Source: Camelus dromedarius (Eukaryota). From it: DNA of 64,000 nt. Under the pieces are notes generated by a model. It was not told where the DNA came from. It did no database searches and saw only the letters and a list, made by a program, of their open reading frames with translations. The translations under genes and the position numbers were made by a program. The stretch spans positions 99,016,001 to 99,080,000 of the forward strand of contig NC_087436.1 in NCBI RefSeq assembly GCF_036321535.1, written 5' to 3'. How positions within the stretch are numbered: position 1 is the first letter of the stretch; each line of letters opens with the position of its first letter. Below, piece after piece: positions 25,169-36,379 of the stretch.

Positions 25169-26974
25169 ATCACAGAGGCTTTCTGTCAGCTGTATAATCT
25201 ATCAAATCTCATTGCAGAGTATGTTTCTCAAAGACAGATGTTGAATATTTCTTTGGTGTCTACCAAGTCTTAATAAATTGCAGGAAATCAACAAGCATTA
25301 GTTTAATGGAACTGAAAGCTACTGTAATAGCTCCAACCAGAAAGCTGAAACTATCTGTATTACTTGAATTGCAATTATTGGAAGAGATATTTCATTTGCC
25401 TTGCTATACATAAAAGCAAAAACTTTAAATTTTATTTTAGTTAGAAAATTAATGTTCAAAGTCACTAGCAATTTTTAGTGATGTGGAAAGCAAGTCAATT
25501 AACAATGGACTTTTTTCATTCTGGAAAGTATCCAGAATTATCCTTTAGTTCCATACATTTAAGAAAACCATCCACTTATGATTCTTAGATAATTCATTTG
25601 ATACTAGTAAAATACCTTCCTCATGAGAAAGGAATGAATATGTTTCTGAGGTAGATTTTATTATAAATAATTGTGTAGGTTGAGCAGAAAGGAGGAAATA
25701 CTTTGAACACTTTAACAGGTGTCAAAGTCCTGGACCTTAGATCTAAGAAGCAGCTTCAAGCTAAGAAGAAAGAGATGGGAGGGGAGCAGGGATCAGACTG
25801 AAAGTCCTTGGACCAGAAATGGACAATTAACTGTAAGACACAGTGATGTCTGACATCCAATTTTATAAATTTTCTGTTTTAAATTGCCTATGATATCCCC
25901 AAGTAGTTCTGTGTTATCACTGTCTTCGGGAATAAAGGAAAAGGCTGTGTCCATTTTCACAGGCAAAAAAGATTGGCAATAAACTACAAAGGTGTGGCTG
26001 AAGATAAAAGATATGGCTTGAAATAATGAAGAAAAGCTTGAAACAAAAAATTCAGAGGAAGGTTTGACAAGTAACAACTAAGATATGTAAGTGTTCCCTG
26101 CTGGTTGTCGAAAATATTCTGGAGGATAGATCCTGATTTAACAGATTGAAGGCCTTATTTAATTTAGACATTAGGGGACAGGGTATACAGAAACTCTGGG
26201 ACATGGGACTGTGTATTTTAGAATGTCAGCCAAAACGACACTTTGAAAATACTGCTGCATACACAATTTATGGATAGAAATTCAAACACTGTACATACCA
26301 TGAACTTAAACAATGCTTCCAGTGTGAAAGTTCATCTGACATTTTTTTCATCCTCTATTTTTATTTCCCTTCAGTGGTTATTTTCTTAGGACAGTCTTTT
26401 TTAACATGACTTCTCCCTTCCCACTCTAATTCCCTTTCTGTGAAAGAATCCCTAAAAGAATACCACCAGAAGAGTTTTTTAAAATTTTAGTCTAGTGACC
26501 AAAACATATTAAAATTGCGTAAAAAACAGATTTCTATTTTAAACATTTCTTAATTGGGATAATAGGCCTCTACAGCAAGCTACTAAAATATACTTACTAT
26601 ATATTAAAACTACTAATTAATCCTGAAAAATATGTTAGGATGTCATGATGAAGTTTTAGCAACTTGAATAAGGCTCTAAATTGTAAATTGTTCTAATGGG
26701 AAAAAAATATTCCAGATTTTCTTAGTTGTTAGGTAATAGTACACTGTTAAAATACTCTGCTTATGTATCTATGAATCTATACATCCATCCACCTGTGTGT
26801 GTGCATGTGTGTGACTATGTATACTGGTGAAGTCTAAATTATTTGGGTGGAAAATTTACTGATAGATAATTATACTCTGAATATTTTAAACTTTGCTGAT
26901 AATGATGTTATACAAAACACTGGGGGACACTTGGAAAGTTATACATATTACTTTTTTGATTTATATTTCAGCCT

Positions 26975-27010
26975 ACACACATACACACTCACACATACAC
27001 ACACACACAT
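26975..27010. repeat. Imperfect (CA)n
   Basis: Visible. Confidence 0.85.
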
Positions 27011-27554
27011 ATTTACATATAAAGTTCTGAGTTCTAGAGTTTCTGTACGAGATACAGTAAAGACTTAGTGATCCCTTCACCGTTTTCTAAACACTGGAGA
27101 CTTTTTGCCTTTGTTTAACCTACCTAACATTATCGACTCTCCCCCATCTCTTCTGTCCTCTCTTCATTCCCCGCTCTGCTTTTACATGGGAACTAAGCAG
27201 GACAGTTCTTCAGAAATAATTAAAACACACTAATATTGCTTTGCAGATGTGCTCAATTTGTTAAGACTAGGCTGAAAGTCATGACTGGCCCTATGCAATT
27301 CTGTCTAAATGTGATTGACTTTTTATTACTACATTTTAATATCTCCCTATTAAGGTATCCAGTTGCCATGCACTATCATTTGGAGTCCTCACATTTATTT
27401 TTACTGCTCAAATTTTGCTTGTTCTACTGTCTTAATCCTTTAGCACCTTATTGATGTTACATTGATTAGATAATCAAGTAATAAACTGTTATATAACCTC
27501 TCCTGTATTTTAACTGGGTATTTCAAAAGACAACCGAGCCATATACACCTAAGG

Positions 27555-27640
27555 TATTCATTCACTTATTCATTTTAAATAAATTCATTCATTCAAAAGG
27601 TATTAATTTAGTGCCTATTGTGTGCTAGAATTTGTATTGC
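27555..27640 (-). mobile_element. L2 3' end
   Basis: 'attcattcattcaaaaggtattaatttagtgcctattgtgtgctag'. Confidence 0.55.
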
Positions 27641-28100
27641 ATTTAATGGTCCCCAACACCAAATTTTTCTACTCTATTTAATGGAAACTTTACCAGGTTG
27701 AAATACCAGGTAAAGCATGATAAGTGGATATTTTTTCTTCTCCTAGCATCAGCTTGGCCCAGACAGACTGAAATATCATATTCTGACCACCTGAACTGTA
27801 AAAACAACATGGTCCCACTATCAACACCTACTGTAATTTGCTGGTCCAAGTGGTTTTCATAAGATTAGAATGTGTTGCTGTGTCCTGCTGGACCAAGATA
27901 TTTTCATTTATTATGTATCCAGGTGGTTGAGAATATGCACAAACTAGGTAATTTGGGAGCCCTCTGCCTGGTTCTGGTAGTTCTTCCCATCACTTATGAC
28001 TCAAAATACCAAGATCTCACTCTCTGTGGCACATAAAATGACCACGCCAGGTTCACAATCAGAACTTACAATCTAGAAGACATCTAAAATGTACGAAGTA

Positions 28101-28310
28101 CAGTTGACCCTTGAACAATGTGGGTTTGAACTGCATGAGTGCTCTTACATGTGATTTTTTTTTTCCAATAAATCTGTACTCAGCCATCTGCAATGGCTGA
28201 ATCTGCAGATGCAGAACAGCAGATATGGAAGGCTGACTGTAAAGGCAATTGCAAATATTCTACTTAGCAGAGTCAGTGCCCCTAACCCGACAGTGTTCAA
28301 GGGTCAACTG
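28101..28310 (+). mobile_element. Tigger2-family non-autonomous Tc1/mariner MITE
   Basis: Perfect 17-bp TIRs CAGTTGACCCTTGAACA / TGTTCAAGGGTCAACTG, flanked by TA at 28099-28100 and 28311-28312. Confidence 0.93.
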
Positions 28311-29805
28311 TATACTTAGATGAATTTACTGCCTCCATGGTGCAAAGTTATGCCCATGTTTTACGTTTCTACCTTTAGTATTTGGATTCACTTGAGACAA
28401 CAGTCCAACAATAGGCCCAAACAACAATAAACTGTTTAATGACAATAACTAGTAATTAGACCAGCATCTCTGACAATGTGCTCTTGCATCTACAAAATTT
28501 ATATACACATAGAGTTTGAGGGAGCATACTTTTATTCAACATTTTCTCCAGAAAATAGCCAGCATTTCTTTACTAAGCATTGACTGACTCTGTCCTTAAA
28601 TGGATAGTTGTTTGTAGTAACTTTGATCAGTAACCTCTTTCTCTTACCTGTCTTATGTAAATGACAATTTGAAAAGAATGCTGTAAGAAAACACTTATAC
28701 TGGAAACTCTGAGAAAGATGACGCATTATAACTTGCTAAAATAAGCACCAAAATAATTCCCTGAACTTTGTTGATAGGGAAATACTATGATGACATGTAA
28801 ATTAATGCTTACACTTACATACATATGGAACAGAGAAGTAGGATTTGGAAATTAATTTGTTAGTTTGATTTTTTTTCTTATAAGTAGCTAATTCAAATGT
28901 CATTTTAAAAATGTACTTTTAACATTATTCAATTTATTTGCAAAAATAAAGTTAACTAGCCAATTACATCTATATCACATCTTATATTATTTTATATTAT
29001 GTTCTGCATATAAAAGTAGCACAATTATTTTAGAAAAACTACTTTAAAAATTTAACAAGAGAACTGTTGATACATAAAGTTCTGCTGAGTAGAAAAATCT
29101 GGCCAAGTTCATGTGGTTATTTCACTTCAGTAATTTATGTTTATTTTTACTTAGTTTGAGATCACTATATCTATATTTTTCAGATCATTTTCCTTCTGAT
29201 TATCATATAAGACACTGAATTTATTATAAAAATTATTTTGATATCAATATATTTCCTCATTACATGGTTAAAGTATAACTCAATTAGTATCTATTCATAA
29301 TGGGTTTCAGATGGAAACTATCTGAGAGATGCATAAATTATTCAACAATTAAACCAATTCATTTAATTAGGAATATGTTAATATAGGACACTTAACCAAA
29401 ATTTTAAAAATCTGAATTTCTCAGTTAAGTATTTGAAACAAAATCCCCAATGAAAGTCAATGATATACAATGATATCATATATAATTTATTACATATAAA
29501 TATTAAGTATATAGATAATGTATTTCACGTCCTGATATAATTGTATAATAATTTGGTATGTTAACCTTAACACTGTGGGCATTAGAATGCTATTATAAAT
29601 TGATACCCAGACAAATTATTAGTCTAGTGTAGTATATTCGACATGTCTCTATAATGGGGTTGATTGAAAAACAAAACAACTAAGTTCTAGCCATTTTGAT
29701 TGGGCATAATAAAGCTGAAATAATACAAGGTAAAATATTTCTTCACTTCACCTAACTGTGCTTCAGATCAATTTATTGTCAAGTAGGCATAATAATAATA
29801 TTCAC

Positions 29806-30316
29806 TGTAAGAAACATAAAAATTTTGAGATTTTGCTCTACTTGCAGGCTAACTGGTTATTCTGTCATAGTTTTATGGATCTTGGCAGAAGACATGAAAC
29901 TCCTGGGTTAAAGTTGAAGAATGGCTTATTACTCATGGCAATATCAGTAGCTGGATTATCAATATTTTTATGCTGGTTCTCTAAGTCCCAATTCACATAG
30001 AGCTATGCAAAAATGCCCTGATGACACTTGTACACAATGTGTTGTACTATGGGAGAGGACCCTTGCTTTTAGGTAACCTGAATCTTTCATAAAGGGCTAT
30101 AAACATGCTTGCCTCTTTTGCTCTGGAGGGAGACATTACCTCTGTTGTACTGGACAGTAAGCATTACTATCTTTTGCTCTGGAGGAAGGCACAATCTCTA
30201 TCTCCCAAAACTGCTCTACACAAATATCCTTGAAAGATAATTCAGAACCAAGGACAGTGCCTTATTTGCAAAATAGGCAAAAACATGAGAGATCCATGGA
30301 AAACTGTTTCCTAATG
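29806..30316 (-). mobile_element. ERVL solo LTR, LTR40-like
   Basis: Reverse complement matches the LTR at 35252-35759 ('tctccctccagagcaaaag', 'tcttctgccaagatccataaaactatgacag'); internal repeat 'ttttgctctggagg' occurs twice. Confidence 0.75.
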
Positions 30317-30649
30317 TGTTCAACTCTAGATTTTCCATGAGGATTGAGTCTGCACGTGCATATGTTTCATTTTAATATTTTGTATATATTAAGCATAATG
30401 TTGTTATAATTATTATTTTCCAATTTATTCCATAAATATTCTGAATTTCTCTATAGTGCAAGGCAATCTGATAGGTATTGAAGATAAAATATCAAAAGTT
30501 CGTTCAAGAATTGCAAACTCAGGTTTCAGTCAAATAACCACATACACAAATAATTTAGAACTGATTGGGATAACTAATTTTGAGTTTATATTTCAGTGTA
30601 ATGACCTAGTCCCTGGTGACCTGTGCAAACTATATTTGATTTAAAGTTT

Positions 30650-30940
30650 TGCCTGAGGAAACTATATTTGACCTGAGATTTGAAATAGGAGCAGAACTAG
30701 ACAAATGACTTAGGGAATGGAGAACATTCCAAGTGCAGAGATCAAATGTTTCTCAAGTCAAAAAGAACATGGGAGCCTTAAGAAATAAAAGCAGATAGGA
30801 GTAGATTGAGGGTAAGAACCTGGAAAAAGAGAGGTTCAGTATGAGGCTGGAGAACCGGATTCGCCCAGATTAGGCAAGGCATTTTTGGTCATGCTGGTAC
30901 TTTGGTATTGATCCTATGGGCACTGAAGTGGTACAGGCAA
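30650..30940 (-). mobile_element. L2 fragment
   Basis: 'ctgaggaaactatatttgacctgagatttgaa...gaacattccaagtgcagag...atgaggctggaga'. Confidence 0.6.
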
Positions 30941-31371
30941 GAGAAGGCACACATTCCATGTCAAACAACCAGGACTGCAACTCAGTCAACTGTATTCACT
31001 CAGTCACTACTTTTCATTCTTCACAGAAAACAGAGTAGGTAACTAACCCTGATGTCTCCTCTCCTTGGTAGATTCAACTAGTTAAAGTAATTGTGTTCTC
31101 CATGAATAATTTAAACAATTTCCAGATAGGCGTAAACCCCCAAAAACTGAGGAGAAGAAAAAAACTGATAAGTACTAATTATTTCCTGAGATTACATATG
31201 GATTGTCATTAAAAAATGGAAGTTATGATGTTTTCTACTTGCAAATAGTGAATTATTTGCAAAAAAAAATGATGAAGGTTCTATTTTGGTGAAGAACACA
31301 CATGGGGAAAATGAGTTTGATCAAGTGAGTTTCCCTTTTAAAACTTCAGTTGAGAAGTTAAACAATCATAT

Positions 31372-31618
31372 AGGTGGTAAGGGGTAATTTGAGAGTTCAA
31401 GATGTGCAAATACTAAGTATTATGTATAAACTAGAAAAAAAAACACAAATTTCTTCTGTATAGCACTGGGAACTATATTCAATATCTTGTAATAGCCTAT
31501 AATAAAAAGAATATGAAAACAAATTTATGTATGTGTATATATATATGACTGAAACATGATGCTGTACACCAGATATTGACACATTATAACTGACTATACT
31601 TCAATTAAAAAAAAAAAA
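31372..31618 (+). mobile_element. Young 5'-truncated L1 3' end, camelid-like
   Basis: 'ctgtatagcactgggaactatattcaatatcttgtaat...gctgtacaccagatattgacacattataactgactatacttcaatt' followed by poly(A). Confidence 0.9.
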
Positions 31619-32912
31619 TTTGCAAGCAGCCTGGCCAAGCAAGGTCATTATTAAGAGTAAACGATCTGAAACATTTGCTAACTAGAGTAACTGTTGAACA
31701 GGCTGAATTCTGAATCCCTTTCAAAGTCTCTGGTGGTCAAGGGAATATTACGATGTAAATTTAGGTCCACAGAGACTAAGCTCCCACCCTCTCCACCCCA
31801 TTATCCAAAGTTTAATACCCTGGAGTAACAGTTGACAGGGACCTATCATAACTTGAATGTCGAGAACGAGAACCATTTGTAATCTCCCTGAGGTAAAATT
31901 TGGGAATTTTTATGGGTTATGTAGCATTTTAAGAGCAGAGAGATTAGATTATTATAATTTTAATTCACAGGAAAATATTTTTTAAAAATTCCATTCATAC
32001 TTTAATTCTTCAACCAGCTGTAGTAAGCATCTCATGACAACTAGCCAAATGTTTTCTGTAAGCTTCTGCCACTATAACCAAAACTGTTTTGAAGACAACA
32101 GAAAGAAGAAATAAGTAGAAAAACATGGTGAAATTATTAGAGAAAGATTTGTCGCATGTTTTTGAAGCTAAAATCTCCCCAAATAAACTATTCCGTGGTT
32201 CCATTACTTTTAGATATATGTATGTGTACCAACAAGAAAAATTGTTCAATTTAAATTATTAAATAACTAACAGGGGTAAAAAAGCACCAGCTAGCCATAT
32301 TATTAAAAAGCAAACAAACAGAACAACATGGTAATTTAAAAAAAACTTCCCGACTCGACCCATGTTTAAGATCTACTATATACATAAAAATCGTCCGTGA
32401 TGTTCTCATAAAGGTTCTCTGTACAATGACAACAAACTGCACAAGGTATAGGTATAATTTGCTGAATTATATCCTCTGGTTTGTATGCTCAAAGTTTCAA
32501 GTTTAGAATTAATGTCTCTGACAGTTTCTTTGACATGCTGTAGCTATCAGGAATGTTTTTCATTCAGAAAATGAGAAAGTTATTTCCCTTTGGATCAGAG
32601 CACTATAGCGTGGTGCCCAGAAACATGAACACATGGACTGTGCCCTCTAGTACCTTCATTGAGACTAAGTTACCAGAATGGACCACAGAGAAATCCTGGT
32701 TTGTTCTGCATCCTCATTCAGGATGGGAAAACTGGGAATCAGGGAAACAGTTTCTCACAAGCTTCTCTGAAAATCTTAAACTACCAGAGGGTTCCCTAAC
32801 CTGGATTTACGTGTGATATTTCAATCTGTATCCTCCATGTACATTATGTTGATGAAGGCCAACAGGAGCTTAGAATATGTAGAAAACAAGAAAAGAAAAT
32901 ATCCTCAGAATT

Positions 32913-33177
32913 TATGTACATCACAGTGACCACAGTTAATAATACTTTATTGTATATTTGAAAGTTGTTAAGAGACTATATCTTAAAAGTTCTCACCACA
33001 AAAACAAAATGAAACAAAAAGGTTACTATGCAAGGTGATGAATGTGTTAACTACACTTATTGTGGTAATCATTTTACTGTATATACATATATAAAATCAT
33101 TACATTCACACCTGAAACTTCCACAATGTTCTACGTCAGGTATATCTTAATAAAGCGTGAAGAAAAATAAAAAAAAC
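32913..33177 (+). mobile_element. L1MA-type 3'UTR (L1MA8/9-like)
   Basis: 'acagttaataatactttattgtatatttgaaagttg...cttaaaagttctcaccacaaaa...cttaataaagc' followed by an A-rich tail. Confidence 0.85.
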
Positions 33178-33404
33178 AATAATAGCAGCATAAAGAATGT
33201 CAACCACCACAATCAGGAGGCATTTTTGTCTTATTCTCTTCAAAAGAGCTTAACTAGTGGAGAATTAGATGTCAAATTCCACATTTTTTGTAGAAAAGAA
33301 CACCCACATCAGTCAAAAAAATCAAAATATAAAAAAATGAATCGATCATATAGAAAGCATCCAACCTAAATATTTTAAATGTTTTGTGTGTTAAGACATT
33401 GACA

Positions 33405-33500
33405 TTTATATACACATGCATATGCATACATATGTGTGTATATTTACATGTATATGCATATAAATGTGTTTGTATGTGATCTGTATTGTGTGTATGTGAG
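33405..33500. repeat. Low-complexity TA/TG/CA tract
   Basis: Visible. Confidence 0.75.
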
Positions 33501-34619
33501 CTACTGCTCTGTCTATGCAAATTATACACAGGATGCCAAGACACTGTTTGTAAAACAAGTAGGCCCACTGGGTTTAATCACCACAAACAATACATTTCTT
33601 TGAATCTGCTACTAACAGCATTTTGGTGTCTTATTAGTGGATGTATCAAGACTTCTTTGAATTTTTAAAATCCATCGCTGCTACTTTCCTTACAATTGTT
33701 GGTATAATATTCTGACTGACCTACATTCTCCAGATTAATATTGTACAGTTCCCCCTTCTTCCTACTAAAAGAATGCACCCGGGCGATGGATTGGAAGATT
33801 AGTAATTGCTTTTTACTCCTAGGACTATGGCCAATATATGCTTTCCTAAAGGACATCCCATTCTGGACAGCACCTCTACGTCTGGGTGAAATAAATCACT
33901 AGCCTGCATTCCTCCTCAGTTAGGTACCGATATTAAACAAAGTAACCTACTACTTGCTAGTGCACTAGGATACTCAAATCTTCTCTCTTCACCAGAGGTC
34001 ATAAGTTTCCTCAGGACTGACGAACTTTCAAAGAGTAGATATATGTTGATATGACAGAGGCAATGGGTAGACAGGGCATTCCCTTCCCTTTATACAAACA
34101 AAAGAGCCTGTGCAAAATGTACCAGCCAAACTTTTTACTTCTGAATGCCAATTCTCACTTTTCTCATAGTTTAAGTTTACTTTTTAATGGACTTACGGTT
34201 TTATTTTTTGGGTAGAGGTGGTACTAGTAGCAATGATTGGTGTGGGTGTGTGGATGTGTATCTGAAATGAAATGCTTAGTAATTCAGTGTTTTCAACAAT
34301 GCCCATAGATCAAAAGCTACCTACGTCTGCAGCAGCAATCACAGTTTCTAGTGTACGGCTCTGTTTGTGTGATTACCTCTTCAGTTTGAGTTCTATCCTG
34401 CTGTTTTGTTAAAAAGACTTCTTGTTTAGATTATTCTGCCATAGATATGCTTGCATCATGTTTTCTACAGAATGTACAATTTTTACTCCGTAGTGAGTCT
34501 CTTAAGTCTCTTCCAGTCTTCCTTCCTTTAGCTGTTTCTCTTGAGATCACCACTGTGAAGAGCCCAGGGATAAGACAGCTGCCAGCTCTTTGTATGGAGG
34601 CAGCCATATTCGAAGAGCA

Positions 34620-34826
34620 AATTAGTAGCCAGAAAACCCTGGATGTATTTTCACTGCCAGATATTTATCCAACCTTGGGAAAGTTACATATATCAACTTG
34701 CCACATTTCTCCCATCTGCAAAATGGGTATAATGATCAGTATCTATCTTGTTGTTGCAATTATGACATTATGAAGAGAAAATACACAATGAAAAGTAAAA
34801 AGTGTAATACATCTAGTAAGAAGCTA
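34620..34826 (+). mobile_element. MIR SINE
   Basis: 'accttgggaaagttac...catttctcccatctgcaaaatgggtataatgat'. Confidence 0.75.
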
Positions 34827-34846
34827 GGTGGTAGAATACCAAGACT

Positions 34847-35211
34847 GTTTTTTACATATGTATATATTTCAGATTCTTTCCCATTACAGCTCATTACAAT
34901 AAATTGAATATAGTTCCCCGTGCTATATAGTAGGTCCTTGTTTATCTATTTTATATATAGAAATGTGTATCTGTTAACCCTAGACTCCTATTTTATCCTT
35001 CCCCTAACCTTTGCCCCCAGTAACTACAATTTGTTTTCTATGTCTGTGAGTCTATTTCCGGTTTCTAAATAAAATCTGTATCTTTATTATATTCCACATA
35101 TAAATGACAACATATGATATTTGTCTTTCTCTGTCTGAATTACCTCAGTTAATATGATAATCTCTATTATCCATGTTGCTACAAATGACATTATTTCATT
35201 CTTTTTTATGG
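34847..35211 (-). mobile_element. Cetartiodactyl-type L1 3' fragment with TSD ACCAAGACT
   Basis: ORF 35087-35356 ends IKKNEIMSFVATW...EKDKYHMLSFICGI, the L1 ORF2p C-terminus; 3'UTR 'attgaatatagttccccgtgctatatagtaggtccttgtt'; direct repeats at 34838-34846 and 35212-35220. Confidence 0.9.
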
Positions 35212-35251
35212 ACCAAGACTTTAGAATTATAGTGAGAAGAGGTTTGGACTG

Positions 35252-35759
35252 TATTGGCAGACAGTTCTCTGCTGGTTTGTTGTGTTTCTGCATATTGTTT
35301 GAGTAGGGACATTGATTCCATTTGTACGAGAAAATCTGTTCAAGGATGTGTGACATAGCAAACCACTCCAGAAGGTAGAGAGAATATCTCCCTAGGGGTC
35401 AAATAATAGGTTTATTTAATGTCCAGTATAATAAAGATGTCTCCCTCTGGGAAAATAAAGCAGGCTTATTGCTCATTATGAAATATTTGGCTTCCTAAGC
35501 TCCAGGCTTCTCTCCTATAACACAATGCACTGAAAAAGCAGGTGTCATCTGGCCCTCTTCATGTCACCCAGTGGAAACTGGAACTTAATGAACAAGCAAA
35601 AATGCTGAATCGCTGGCTGCTGCTAGTGTTATAACTATTAAACGCTCCTTTTTCTCTAACCTGGTAGTCTCCAGACTTCTGCCAGTGTCCATGGAGCTGT
35701 GGCAAGCCTACTTAATAGCTGGTAAACAGGCTAAACCTCCATACATTCTGTTTTTAGCA
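35252..35759 (+). mobile_element. ERVL solo LTR, LTR40-like
   Basis: 'ttcaaggatgtg...gtctccctctggg...gcaggtgtcatctggccctcttc...cttctgccagtgtccatggagctgtggcaag'; 5-bp flanks gactg/ggctg. Confidence 0.78.
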
Positions 35760-36379
35760 GGCTGACCAGGAGGCCTAAACTCAACTTCACTATCAGTGAT
35801 CAGAATTAGAGCAACTCACTTAAGCTGATCAGGTCTCAGGTCCTCCGTATTATGACATTAGGGAATTGGCCCAATACTCCCTAAATTATATCAAGTACTA
35901 AAGACCACAGTCCTAGAAATGGAATTCTTGGCAAGTGGGGGAAGAGATAAGAAGAGGCAGAGTTGTATTTCTTGAAATTCATTTTTTAATGGAGTGGTTG
36001 TAATATCGTTTAGAAGATATGTGACCTAGGGAAGTTGACTAATTAAATGATTAGATAAGTTTTTAAGTATAATAATGCTAGCATTAGAGCTAAAGCTTTC
36101 CAATCTAATATCTCATATAGTTTATGATAAAAGCAAGTTTCAGACAATTCCATGAGCCACACTAGCATTTATTCACAAGGAGGCACAGAAAGAGTCATAG
36201 AAATCGTGTTACATGTTTTGTAACTTTCTTGATCTCTGCCCCACCCTTTTTTTCCTTCTAGTAGTACCTTGCATGAAGACTGCATTCAAAAAATATTTTG
36301 CATTCAAAGATATTTTAGTAGCAGAATTCAGCCTGTGACATGACCAAGTTCAGGTAGCAAGAATACTCAGAGTAGAAGG

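Noticed and set aside
25793..26077. 94-aa minus-strand ORF
   Set aside because: Non-ATG start, low-complexity F/S-rich composition, no recognisable domain or supporting splice structure.
35087..35356. 89-aa ORF with a protein-like C-terminus
   Set aside because: Chimeric read-through from the antisense LTR into the L1 ORF2p C-terminus; not a host gene.
29806..35759. Possible full ERV provirus between two homologous LTRs
   Set aside because: The LTRs are inverted relative to each other and the interval contains L1/L2/MIR pieces with no gag/pol remnants.
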